The position numbers were made by a program, and so were the translations under genes. The notes beneath the pieces were generated by a model that did no database searches, had not been told where the DNA came from, and saw only the letters and a program-made list of their open reading frames with translations. A DNA stretch of 64,000 bases from an uncultured bacterium (GTDB lineage Bacteria; Acidobacteriota; HRBIN11; JAKEFK01), in NCBI GenBank assembly GCA_963777505.1, contig CAVZQN010000004.1:608001-672000 (forward strand). Direction: 5' to 3'. Position 1 is the first letter of the stretch; each line of letters starts with the position of its first letter. Of the stretch, positions 40,312 through 49,853 are shown piece by piece.

Positions 40312-41019
40312 TTAAAGACACGATAAAAGTTCATTCAGAGATACGATTTTTTCGGAATGCCAATCGAATCGCTCTAGTCTATCCAGATGAAACGCTCTCA
40401 TTCCAGCGCTTTTTGCAGCTTGATAGTCCAGTACAGGATCATCGCCAATGTAAGTAACATCTGATGGCTGCATGCCAGTTCGTTCCAACGCGATCTGGAA
40501 TATCGCAGGGTGAGGTTTTTCGTATCCAACAAGAGCTGAAACAACAACGGTTTCAAAGTAATCTGAAATTTTTAGTTCATCCAACAATGAAGGGAGTCGC
40601 GAATCCCAATTTGAGATTACCGCGAGACGATATCCTCTTTCTTTAAGGACCTGAAGAACCGTAACGACTTCATCGTATAACCTCCAGGATGCCGTTTCGG
40701 CAAAGCGTTCATACAGATGATGAAAGAACGCATCAAAGTCTTTGAATTCCACGTGACCGCGAAAGACTTCATTCACGATAAATTTCCACCAGTCGCGCTC
40801 TTTTTCGTAAGTCAAACGTTGACCTTGATTTGAAACAAGCGGGTTCATTTTGCTCCAGATTTTTTTGAATGACTCTTCAACAGCTTCGGGTGAAAGATTC
40901 GCGCCAAAGTGTTGAGCTACTTCTGAATAAATGATTCCGACTGATGGATAGACACGTAGGAGCGTATTTCCTGCATCGAAGAAAATTCCTTTTGTATTAT
41001 TTGAAGTCGCCAAAAACAA
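40312..41019 (-). CDS. HAD-IA hydrolase (REG-2/HDHD3-like)
   Basis: FFDAGNTL, ISNWD, EKP and IGDD. Confidence 0.88.
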   Translation of the reverse strand: MFLATSNNTKGIFFDAGNTLLRVYPSVGIIYSEVAQHFGANLSPEAVEESFKKIWSKMNPLVSNQGQRLTYEKERDWWKFIVNEVFRGHVEFKDFDAFFHHLYERFAETASWRLYDEVVTVLQVLKERGYRLAVISNWDSRLPSLLDELKISDYFETVVVSALVGYEKPHPAIFQIALERTGMQPSDVTYIGDDPVLDYQAAKSAGMRAFHLDRLERFDWHSEKIVSLNELLSCL

Positions 41020-42541
41020 ATTCTCCGTTAACCATCGTTGCTATAACTTGAACGCCTTGAAATGCTGTAGCCATAGGGTCTTCTGAAAAGAAAGTAAGAT
41101 CTGCAAGCTTATCCGGTTCAAGTGTGCCGCGTAGTGAAAGCTCACCTGAAGCATCCGCCGGAGCAGAAGTATACGCTATTAAGGCTTCATGTGGTGAAAT
41201 GATTTCGGTACGATCCTTCCAATTTGTCCGGTGAACTGCTGCATGCAATCCACTCAACGGATCCGGATCTTCTACCGGTGCATCGGAACCAAAGATAAGC
41301 CTCGCGCCTGAATCCAGAAGTGAACGCCATGCATAGGAATAGCGCGAACGCTCTCCCCAAAATCGATCAGCAATATCACAATCTGAAATTGCATGAAACG
41401 GCTGCATCGATGCAATTACTCCTGTTTTTTGAAATCGTGATATGTCATCAGGATGCAATAATTGCGCATGCTCAATTCTGGATCGAGCCATCGGAATATT
41501 CAGGAAGTGCTGATTATTTTCCAATGCATTCAATACGGTCCGATTGGCTTTATCTCCAATTGCGTGAATTCCAACCGCAATCCCATTTTGAAGCGCCAAT
41601 GCGACTTTCTCATTGAGCTCTTTTTCTTCAATCGTTTCGATTCCGATGCCGCCGGCTTCGTCATAAGGTTCAAGCATTGAGGCCGTTCGAGAACCGAGTG
41701 ATCCATCAGTAAATATTTTCACGAATCCAAAGCGGAACCATTCATCGCCAAGACCTGATTTCAAGCCAATTTTAATTGCATCCTCCAGCTGACGTAGCGG
41801 AATCGCATGAAACACCCGGAGTTTTAATTTTGATTCAGACTTTAGATCCTGCAAATCTGCAAAGGCACGATTTGCATCTACACTGTGGAATCCTGTAATT
41901 CCCATTTCATGGAATTTGGACTGTGCGCGTAGGAGATTTTCTTTCCGCTGCTTTTCATCAGGACTCTGGATGAAATCTCTCACAAGCAATACCGCGTTTT
42001 CACCAAGCAATCCATTCAATGAACCATCTGAATCAACTCCAACAAAGCCGCCATCGATCTGGACTTTCTTAGTCAAACCTGCAATTTGCAGAGCTTGAGA
42101 ATTCAACCAACGGAAGTGTTCATCGTGACTGTTCAGAATTACAGGATTATTTGGAAAGATTTCGTCCAGGATTTTTTTGTGTGGAAAACCTCCAAACTGG
42201 CGCTCATGCCATCCCCTTCCAAGGATCCATTCTCCTGTTTTTACGCGTGTTGAATATTCTTTTAGGACCGCAACTACTTCTTGCTCGGTTTTGCATTTCT
42301 CCAATTTCACACGGCTAAAGCTGAAGGCATAATCAAGAAAATGAACGTGAGAATCAACTAATCCTGGAGTGACTGCTGAGCCATGAAGGTCGATCACATC
42401 TGTGTGCCGCCCAATCCACTTTTTAGGGTTTCCGGTCCCCGTTGCCAGGATCTTTGATCCTTTTAATGCGAGGTAATCCTTGCGGCTGGGGCTTACGCCA
42501 TCATAAACACGCCCATTCACAAAAACTTTTTCTGCTTTCAT
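40997..42541 (-). CDS. Amidohydrolase_3 (YtcJ-like)
   Basis: PGLVDSHVH, KIFTDGSLG, HAIGD, RIEHAQ and FGSDAPV. Confidence 0.9.
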   Translation of the reverse strand: MKAEKVFVNGRVYDGVSPSRKDYLALKGSKILATGTGNPKKWIGRHTDVIDLHGSAVTPGLVDSHVHFLDYAFSFSRVKLEKCKTEQEVVAVLKEYSTRVKTGEWILGRGWHERQFGGFPHKKILDEIFPNNPVILNSHDEHFRWLNSQALQIAGLTKKVQIDGGFVGVDSDGSLNGLLGENAVLLVRDFIQSPDEKQRKENLLRAQSKFHEMGITGFHSVDANRAFADLQDLKSESKLKLRVFHAIPLRQLEDAIKIGLKSGLGDEWFRFGFVKIFTDGSLGSRTASMLEPYDEAGGIGIETIEEKELNEKVALALQNGIAVGIHAIGDKANRTVLNALENNQHFLNIPMARSRIEHAQLLHPDDISRFQKTGVIASMQPFHAISDCDIADRFWGERSRYSYAWRSLLDSGARLIFGSDAPVEDPDPLSGLHAAVHRTNWKDRTEIISPHEALIAYTSAPADASGELSLRGTLEPDKLADLTFFSEDPMATAFQGVQVIATMVNGEFVFGDFK

Positions 42542-42547
42542 ATGAAT

Positions 42548-43072
42548 TTAAAGAAATATCAACCCAATTAATCCTGATATAGCCATTCCGATAGCAGGAT
42601 GAAGCTTCGTGAAAGCAAATACAAAAAAGGTAATAACTCCAATTAAAGTTGTCGGGACAGAGTTAATTGATGTTTTGCCGACTTCGTACGCAGTAACAAG
42701 CAGCAATGCCATTACTGCTGGACGCAGACCGTTGAGCGCTGATTGAACGCGTGCAGATTCTTTGAAAGATCTATAAAACATAAATAGAAGCAGCATCAAA
42801 ATAGACGAAGGAAGAAGCAAACCTGCTAACGCTGAGGCCGCGCCGCTAATCCCTTCAAGTTTATAACCGACTGCCAGAGCCATTTTCGTAGTGATCGGTC
42901 CCGGGAGTCCATTACCAAGCGCAAGAATATCAGTGAATTCCGTCAGATTCATCCATTTTCTTCCATCGACAACTTCAGCTTGCATCAATGGGATCATGGA
43001 AGGTCCACCACCATAAGCAAAAATACCAACCTTCAAAAAAGTCCAAAAAATTCCCCATAGTCGAATCCACAT
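42548..43072 (-). CDS. Short-chain chromate transporter (CHR family)
   Basis: AYGGG, LPGP and GLLLPS. Confidence 0.85.
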   Translation of the reverse strand: MWIRLWGIFWTFLKVGIFAYGGGPSMIPLMQAEVVDGRKWMNLTEFTDILALGNGLPGPITTKMALAVGYKLEGISGAASALAGLLLPSSILMLLLFMFYRSFKESARVQSALNGLRPAVMALLLVTAYEVGKTSINSVPTTLIGVITFFVFAFTKLHPAIGMAISGLIGLIFL

Positions 43073-43093
43073 TGTTCACCTCCATAGATTTTC

Positions 43094-43152
43094 TTAACGC
43101 CGAGTTCGCCGAGAAATTTATTATTTTCTTAACTCGGCGACCTCTGCGTTAA
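43094..43152. repeat. Inverted pair of 18-bp repeat variants
   Basis: TTAACGCCGAGTTCGCCGAG ... CTCGGCGACCTCTGCGTTAA. Confidence 0.6.
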
Positions 43153-43162
43153 AAAAGATCTT

Positions 43163-44221
43163 TTAAATTTTCTGATCTGAATCCTTTTGGCAAAGCCAGA
43201 GTAGGTGAGGAGAGATCTCTTCAAGGGCAAGAATGTAATCAACTACACCAGCTTTGATTGATTCCTGGGGCATGCCAAAAATGATTGCTGACTTTTCACT
43301 TTCGGCAATTGTAATTCCACCTTTATCTTTGATGTGTTTCAGTCCTTCTTTTCCATCATCACCCATTCCTGTCAAAACAGCTCCAATGATTCCGGATTCC
43401 AGTTCGTTTGCAAGAGATTTGAACAGGAGGTTTGCTGAGGGACTATATCGTCGATCGGCATCTTTACTTATGATGCGAGCAATGAGCTTATTCCTTCTTT
43501 TTTCAACGCTGAGATGTTTTCCGCCAGGTGCCACATATGCCCATCCTGGTTGAATTAAATCTTGATCTTCAGCCTCTTTCACTTGCAACGGTGTGTACTT
43601 ATTCAAGCGTTCTGCAAAAAGAGCAGTGAATGTGGCAGGCATATGTTGAGCAATCAGAATAGGGACCGGAAAATCTGCAGGAAGTTTATTCAAAATGGAA
43701 TGAATTGCCGGAGGACCGCCGGTAGAGGATGCTATGCCGATCGCTTTCGGCAATTCTTCAGTGGTCATTTTCCTGGGAGTCTTTATGTCTGGAACGAGTT
43801 GCTTCTGAATTCGCTCTTTTACTTTTTGCATTGCGAGCAATGGGATCGCAAGAACTTTCTCCACAAGGTCATTCTTTATTTCTTCCAATTGCGCGGAAGC
43901 ATAACGTGTTGGCTTGAGTACAAAATCCACAGCACCAAGGTCCATTGCTTTAAAAACATTTTCATCGGCTTCTTGTGCGGAGACAACAATGATCGGAGTC
44001 GGCATTGAGTTCATCACCCAACGAAGAAACGTGAAGCCGTCCATCACAGGCATCTCCAAATCAAGAGTGATCAGATCCGGCCTGGAACGCATGACTTTTT
44101 TCAGTGCATCCTGCCCATCCATTGCAGTTTCGACCACTTCGACGCCAGGAATGTTACTTAGAATTTTTGAAATGATCCGGCGGCTGAAGGCAGAATCGTC
44201 AACAACAAGTACTTTAATCAT
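43163..44221 (-). CDS. cheB: Chemotaxis methylesterase
   Basis: REC domain plus ASSTGGP, QHMP and LTGMGDDG. Confidence 0.95.
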   Translation of the reverse strand: MIKVLVVDDSAFSRRIISKILSNIPGVEVVETAMDGQDALKKVMRSRPDLITLDLEMPVMDGFTFLRWVMNSMPTPIIVVSAQEADENVFKAMDLGAVDFVLKPTRYASAQLEEIKNDLVEKVLAIPLLAMQKVKERIQKQLVPDIKTPRKMTTEELPKAIGIASSTGGPPAIHSILNKLPADFPVPILIAQHMPATFTALFAERLNKYTPLQVKEAEDQDLIQPGWAYVAPGGKHLSVEKRRNKLIARIISKDADRRYSPSANLLFKSLANELESGIIGAVLTGMGDDGKEGLKHIKDKGGITIAESEKSAIIFGMPQESIKAGVVDYILALEEISPHLLWLCQKDSDQKI

Positions 44222-45057
44222 TTCTGATAGACCATATCGTGTTTTAGATGATTGAGTTTGAATTTCGTAGATAGACTTAGTAATGACTCGGCATGGCCAA
44301 GCAACAGATATCCATTTTTTCTCAGCTTACGGTAAAAGTTTTCAATGACTTTCTTTTTTGCTTCTACATCGAAATAGATGATAACGTTTCGGCAGAAAAT
44401 TACATCCATGTCGCTAAAAAGTCCTGTCTTATGTTCATCCAACAAATTCACTTTGCCAAAAGTGACCATTTGCCTGATTTCATCATGAATGCGGTATTTG
44501 TTTTCTGAGGTTTTTTCAAAATACTTTTCGCGCATAGCATCCGGAGTGCTTCTGAATGACGATTCGGAAAAAATTCCCCTACGAGCATTTTGAATTACCT
44601 TCTGGGAGATATCACTTGCAAAAATATCAACATCCCATCCTTTTAAATGCGGAGAATTATTACAAATGATCGCAATCGTATAAGCCTCCTCTCCTGTTGA
44701 ACAGCCTGCACTCCAAATACGGAGATTGTGATTGGCTTTTTCCTGAGTTATACAGGGAATGATTTCTTCTGAAAAAGCTTTCAATTGACGGTCTTCACGG
44801 AAAAAATAAGTCTCGTTTACCGTAAGAAGATCAAAAATAATTTCCAACTCTGATTCACGATTGGGATGATAAAGAAGGTAGTAATAATATTTTTCGAATG
44901 TATCCAATCTCAGTTCACGAACCCGCGGAATCAAACGACGGTTCAGCATAAACTTTGATGAATCATCAAAGCGCAAGCCGCTATTCTGATAAATAAAATC
45001 GATTAAATGACGAAACGTTTGATCAGACAGGTCTATTTCTTGTTTTGGAAAAGACAT
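44218..45057 (-). CDS. cheR: Chemotaxis methyltransferase
   Basis: TVNETYFFRE, WSAGCSTGEE and FCRNVIIYF. Confidence 0.95.
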   Translation of the reverse strand: MSFPKQEIDLSDQTFRHLIDFIYQNSGLRFDDSSKFMLNRRLIPRVRELRLDTFEKYYYYLLYHPNRESELEIIFDLLTVNETYFFREDRQLKAFSEEIIPCITQEKANHNLRIWSAGCSTGEEAYTIAIICNNSPHLKGWDVDIFASDISQKVIQNARRGIFSESSFRSTPDAMREKYFEKTSENKYRIHDEIRQMVTFGKVNLLDEHKTGLFSDMDVIFCRNVIIYFDVEAKKKVIENFYRKLRKNGYLLLGHAESLLSLSTKFKLNHLKHDMVYQK

Positions 45058-45063
45058 GAATGA

Positions 45064-47277
45064 TTAGCCCGTAATCTCTTTAAGAATTCTTCGGACGGCT
45101 GGAGCCTGATTGCGGGAGGTTTCCTGAAGTTGTTTCAAAAATCTTTGACGCGACGATGTCAGGAATTCATAAGCAGGATCGGCGAGGTCTTTATCCAGTA
45201 GAAGGCCACAAATTCCGGGCGGTAAATAATCCAGACCTAACTTTTGCAGCGAATGAAGAATTTCTTTTCTTACGAATGGATCGCTGTCCGTTTTCAATCT
45301 TTCAAGAAGTGCTTCCTGAAGACGGAATGGTTTAATTTGAGTCAAGGCTCTGATTGCGGCGGCGCGTACTGACCATTCTGGATCATTCTGCATAAGCGTA
45401 AACAACCGAAAGACAATTTCGCTTTCATTGAAAATTCCTAATGATTCACATGCAGTCAGGCGGATCTCTGAATCCTCAGAATTAAGCGTCTTTAGCAAAA
45501 ATTCGCGCGATTTTGTTGTTCTAAAATGACCAAGACTCTTCAGCAAAGCAGTTTGGCCGATCGGACTTTCTTTTTCGAATTGTTTTTGAAAGAGAGCTTC
45601 AGCTTTTTCAACATTCAATGCAGCAAGGCTTTCGAAAACTGCAATTCGTACCCATAAAACATCATCGCTGACACTGGCAAGTAAAGCGTCAGTTACTTCT
45701 GGAGATGTATAAGAAGACAAAGCTCTTGCTGCTGTTTCACGAACGCCACTATCTTCATCGGTTAGCGCGCCAATGAGGAATTTTTGGAATTCATGATAGT
45801 AGCCACTGCTCATCAAGAAAACGGCTTTTTTACGGACGAGTGCATTTTCATCTTTGAGCGCTTGAAACAAAAAAGGCAAAGACGGTTCACCATCCACGCG
45901 TATTAAGAACTCAAGAGCATTGGCTCGTTCCAGCGCATTTTGTGAATGCAATTTTTCTCGCATTGCCCATCGGATCTCATCGCGTGATGCTGGAATTCGT
46001 TCGCAGATTTCCAGTAATCGGCTGTGGCCAATTTCTTGAATGGATGGATGCTCATCCATCGCTGCTATCTTCCACAATGGAATAATCTTTTGGGATCTTG
46101 AACGCGATAAAAGTCTGAATGCTTGATAGCGAATTTCCGAACTGGAATGCTCAAGATATCGAACGAGTTGATCAATATTAGGATGAATGGACAACTCATT
46201 CAAAATTCCCAAATAGAGCAAAATTTCGTCTTCTTCCAGCTCATGTTTCAATCGTTCGAGGAGGGGCTTTGCTGACTCACGATCACAAAGTACAAGTGAT
46301 TGTGCCGCTACTTCTGCCAGATCGGGTTGGTTTAATGCTTCAAGAAAGATTGGAACAGCCGAACATTCGCCTGCAAGCCCCGCGATTCTGAGTAAGTTCT
46401 TTTTCGTAGTTCCTTCGTGTAAACGAATTGCTTCAATTAAGCTTTGCAATTGAGATCCGCCAAGTTTTGATTTCAATTCCTCACGAATTGCTTTTTGCTC
46501 TCTTTGTTTGATCGCTGAAGGAGCCGGTGAATCGTATAGGTCAATCAGTGCTTGTATCGCAACCGTATCCACTCCATTTTCGGTCACAAGTGAGGTAACA
46601 ATCGCGTTATATGCCTGTGGATGATGAAAACGTGCAAGCGCTTTGAGAGCCGAATTATGGAAGTAAAGATCTGAGGACAGCTCGATCAGTTCGGGAATGA
46701 GTCCGGGATCCTGCATTTCCCCGGCAGCTTCAATTGCTTGAAACTTAAGCCAGACATCATTTCCGCGTAAGAATGGCTGCAATCGAACGGAAGTCTCAGG
46801 GTTCCCGAGTTTTCCAAGCGCAACGATTGCGGCTGAAACAATGTTGCCTTCCGTGTCTCCCAATGATTGGAGAATAAAATCGAGAAGAGAATCATTTCGG
46901 ATCTCTCCAAGGATGTTGATCAAAAACATCCTCACATCTGAACTGCGTGATTTAAGATGGGGTTCAAGATAAGGAACGATATCATCTTGAAAACGCATCA
47001 GTATATCGATTGCAGCATTTCTTCTGCCTGCGTTTTCGTCATCGTATAGCGCAAGTAAAATTTCGGGGATTGTATGTTGGATGCGCGCATCGACAAACGA
47101 TTCGACTGCGGCCTTGCGTACTCTCCAATCAATATCGCCTAGCATGACAAGCAAAAGGGAAGATGCAGCAGGATTTTCGAGAAATATTTTTAATTCCCGC
47201 GCAGATTCGGCACGTTCATCCGGATTTTCGGAGCTTGCAAGATGCATATATCGTTGAAGTAGATTTGTTTCTGTCAT
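45064..47277 (-). CDS. HEAT-repeat (PBS lyase-like) protein
   Basis: Many D...VR..A...L repeats. Confidence 0.88.
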   Translation of the reverse strand: MTETNLLQRYMHLASSENPDERAESARELKIFLENPAASSLLLVMLGDIDWRVRKAAVESFVDARIQHTIPEILLALYDDENAGRRNAAIDILMRFQDDIVPYLEPHLKSRSSDVRMFLINILGEIRNDSLLDFILQSLGDTEGNIVSAAIVALGKLGNPETSVRLQPFLRGNDVWLKFQAIEAAGEMQDPGLIPELIELSSDLYFHNSALKALARFHHPQAYNAIVTSLVTENGVDTVAIQALIDLYDSPAPSAIKQREQKAIREELKSKLGGSQLQSLIEAIRLHEGTTKKNLLRIAGLAGECSAVPIFLEALNQPDLAEVAAQSLVLCDRESAKPLLERLKHELEEDEILLYLGILNELSIHPNIDQLVRYLEHSSSEIRYQAFRLLSRSRSQKIIPLWKIAAMDEHPSIQEIGHSRLLEICERIPASRDEIRWAMREKLHSQNALERANALEFLIRVDGEPSLPFLFQALKDENALVRKKAVFLMSSGYYHEFQKFLIGALTDEDSGVRETAARALSSYTSPEVTDALLASVSDDVLWVRIAVFESLAALNVEKAEALFQKQFEKESPIGQTALLKSLGHFRTTKSREFLLKTLNSEDSEIRLTACESLGIFNESEIVFRLFTLMQNDPEWSVRAAAIRALTQIKPFRLQEALLERLKTDSDPFVRKEILHSLQKLGLDYLPPGICGLLLDKDLADPAYEFLTSSRQRFLKQLQETSRNQAPAVRRILKEITG

Positions 47278-48191
47278 GTTTGTTTTGCTTCAGAAAGTTC
47301 CCGTTTTCGTTTTCGCAAGAATTCATCAATCGTATGATGATAAATCTCAGGAATTTCGGGGCGGTTTGATGGGACTTTGCTGCAGAAATACAGCTCTCCT
47401 TCCTGGATTTCATTCGCGAGCTCTGTCCTGAACCTATCTTCAAGAATCCATTGGTCGATATACTGCATATTGTAAATAACAATATCGGATAAGATGATTC
47501 GCGCGAGCCGGCGAGCATGATCAAGTAAGTCGACGGGCTCCGTGGTTTCTGAGTCGGTTTCTTGAACCATTGGAAGGCCCAGTAGCTTTCGCATGCGCTC
47601 ACGCAAATCCTGCTTAACAATAATTTCTTCAATGTAGTCATCCGCTCCATACAGGTTCGTCGGATCTCTTCGGAAACGGTCGATTCTAAAAATGGCGCCG
47701 ATTAATACAACTCTGATTTTTTTCAATTCGCTGTTTTCTTTGATGCGTTCACAAAGCTCAAATCCCATAAGATTCGGAAGTACAACATTCAAGAATGCAA
47801 CATGAGGAGATTCGCTCGTGCGCAAATATTCTTCTGCATCGGCTCCATCATCCAAAACAACGACTCGACATCCCATTTCTTCCAGGCTGCTGCGTAGAAA
47901 CGCTCGAAATGGCCGCGGTTCATCCGCAATCAAAATTAAGGGGGCTTCTTTTCTTCCGTTTATAGTTACTGTGAGGATATCCCAAATAATTCGGACGCTT
48001 GTATCGCTTAAGATGTCATCCGCACCCAGAAGAACATTGATGCTTTGTTCAGGTTCAGCCGAATCCGTTTTTTTAACATTCAACAGAACAGATTTGCTGC
48101 AGGAAGGGCATTCGACCTTAACCAACTTTTTTGAGACTTTGCTGACATTTACTTTGTATTTCGTAAGACAGTTTGGACACTTTACTAACAA
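47274..48191 (-). CDS. Zinc-ribbon + pseudo-receiver + helical C-terminal domain protein
   Basis: CPNC...CPSC; REC domain with FLNVVLP; ARRLARIILSDIVIYN. Confidence 0.8.
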   Translation of the reverse strand: MLVKCPNCLTKYKVNVSKVSKKLVKVECPSCSKSVLLNVKKTDSAEPEQSINVLLGADDILSDTSVRIIWDILTVTINGRKEAPLILIADEPRPFRAFLRSSLEEMGCRVVVLDDGADAEEYLRTSESPHVAFLNVVLPNLMGFELCERIKENSELKKIRVVLIGAIFRIDRFRRDPTNLYGADDYIEEIIVKQDLRERMRKLLGLPMVQETDSETTEPVDLLDHARRLARIILSDIVIYNMQYIDQWILEDRFRTELANEIQEGELYFCSKVPSNRPEIPEIYHHTIDEFLRKRKRELSEAKQT

Positions 48192-48219
48192 TATGAGTCC
48201 CTCTCAAACATTCTGAAAC

Positions 48220-48273
48220 GATTTGTAACGCTGGCGCAGCTCAAGAGCCGGCGAGACGCCGGCGTTACAAATC
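48220..48273. repeat. REP-like inverted repeat
   Basis: GATTTGTAACGCTGGCG ... GCCGGCGAGACGCCGGCGTTACAAATC. Confidence 0.7.
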
Positions 48274-48278
48274 CCAAA

Positions 48279-49016
48279 TCAACCCTCTACTATTTGTAAG
48301 AATTTGTGCAGAGAGAGCAGAATGACGAACTGGTTTTTGTATTCACAAACCCCTTCGATAAATTCTGCATCCACTCCTGCAACAACCGGTGGCGTTGGTT
48401 CGATATCTTTTTTCGGTAATTTTAGAACTTGAGAAGCGGAATCCACCAAAATGCCTTGCATCTCATTCTCTTCTAGCAAAACAATGATTCGGGATTGATG
48501 GTCAGGAAGTCTTAGATCATGACCCAGACGCTTTCTCCCGTTGATAACAGGAACCATTCGTCCACGCAAAGAAATAATTCCATCCAAATATGCCACAGCA
48601 TTCGGAATCTCAGTCGGTTCTATGAAACGTATAATTTCGGAAATTTGCTGAATATCAATACCGTAGCTTTCACCGCCAAGCTGAAAAACAAGCACTTCAA
48701 ATTTTTCTTCAGGTATATCAGCTTCTGATTTTGCATCTTCCTCATCCGGATGTGTCATTAATAATTTCTGCAGGAAATCAACCTGATCTTCCGGGGAAGA
48801 TTCCGCAGGAATCACTTCCTGTTGAACAGGATCTTTTTGTGAAGTATCTGGATCCTGAATCGGAATGTATGCGGTAATCGGATCGTTTGTTGTGGTTTCG
48901 GAACGAAGGACAGGCTTAGCTTGTGAAGGTTCTGCTTCGGCCTCCGTTTGCTGGAGACGCTTGGCATCTTCCCGGTTTTTCTTAGCGCGCTTGCGCGCTT
49001 CGACCATGTCGACCAT
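48279..49016 (-). CDS. cheW: CheW with acidic N-terminal extension
   Basis: LVFQLGGESYGI, GIISLRGRMVPVI and GILVD. Confidence 0.92.
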   Translation of the reverse strand: MVDMVEARKRAKKNREDAKRLQQTEAEAEPSQAKPVLRSETTTNDPITAYIPIQDPDTSQKDPVQQEVIPAESSPEDQVDFLQKLLMTHPDEEDAKSEADIPEEKFEVLVFQLGGESYGIDIQQISEIIRFIEPTEIPNAVAYLDGIISLRGRMVPVINGRKRLGHDLRLPDHQSRIIVLLEENEMQGILVDSASQVLKLPKKDIEPTPPVVAGVDAEFIEGVCEYKNQFVILLSLHKFLQIVEG

Positions 49017-49851
49017 GGCGTTCTCCTAATTTTGTCATGGAAACGGTCTGGAGGCCAATTTCGCTTGCCTGCTGGTCGACCATAGCCGGGTCGATTTCAT
49101 GAACTTCTTTTGCGAATGCATCAATCAAGCATGTTGTCGCAAGTGAATTAATAATGCGGGGAATTCCCCCCGAATATGCATGAAGCTTCGTTATCGTCAT
49201 TGGTGGAAAAGGAAAGTTCGATTCCGTTCCCCCTGCTGTGGTCCATCGGAATTGCAAATAATCATATACGTCCCGTTCTTCAAGCGGCCTTAAATGAAAA
49301 CGGATTGTAATCCGTTGATTGAGAGCCGCATGAGCTGGATGAAGCAGTCTGCGAGCGAGCTCAGGCTGACCGATTAAGATCACTGAAAGTAAATTTGTGT
49401 GGTCAAGCTGAAAATTTGTAAGAAGCCTGATTTCATCGAACAGGGCCTTTCCAGGAATGAGCTGGGCTTCATCAATTATGATTACTGGTATAGTACTACT
49501 CTCATAGTATTCAAATAGCTTGTCGTGGATCTGTTCCACCACTTCGCTTTTTACGTGTTTGGGTTTGAGATTCAGTTTGTGCGCGAGCGTTCGTAAAAAT
49601 TGGGCGGGTGCAAATCGAGGATTCAGAAAGAGCAAAGGTTTGTATTGTTTATCCAGTGAATCGATGAGCGCGCGCGATACTGTTGTTTTGCCGGTTCCAA
49701 TTTCTCCTGTAATAAGCGCAATTCCTTTTTCTTCTACAGAATACTCAAGTCGAGCGAGGGCTTCTTGATGCTGCCTGCAAGGATACAGGAACCGGGGATC
49801 TGGCGTATTTCCGAATGCCTTTTCATTCAACTCAAAATATTCAGCGTACAT
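48982..49851 (-). CDS. ExeA/GspA-like AAA ATPase
   Basis: FGNTPDPRF, GEIGTGKT, IIDEAQ, LIGQPEL and SGGIPRIIN. Confidence 0.88.
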   Translation of the reverse strand: MYAEYFELNEKAFGNTPDPRFLYPCRQHQEALARLEYSVEEKGIALITGEIGTGKTTVSRALIDSLDKQYKPLLFLNPRFAPAQFLRTLAHKLNLKPKHVKSEVVEQIHDKLFEYYESSTIPVIIIDEAQLIPGKALFDEIRLLTNFQLDHTNLLSVILIGQPELARRLLHPAHAALNQRITIRFHLRPLEERDVYDYLQFRWTTAGGTESNFPFPPMTITKLHAYSGGIPRIINSLATTCLIDAFAKEVHEIDPAMVDQQASEIGLQTVSMTKLGERHGRHGRSAQAR

Positions 49852-49853
49852 CT

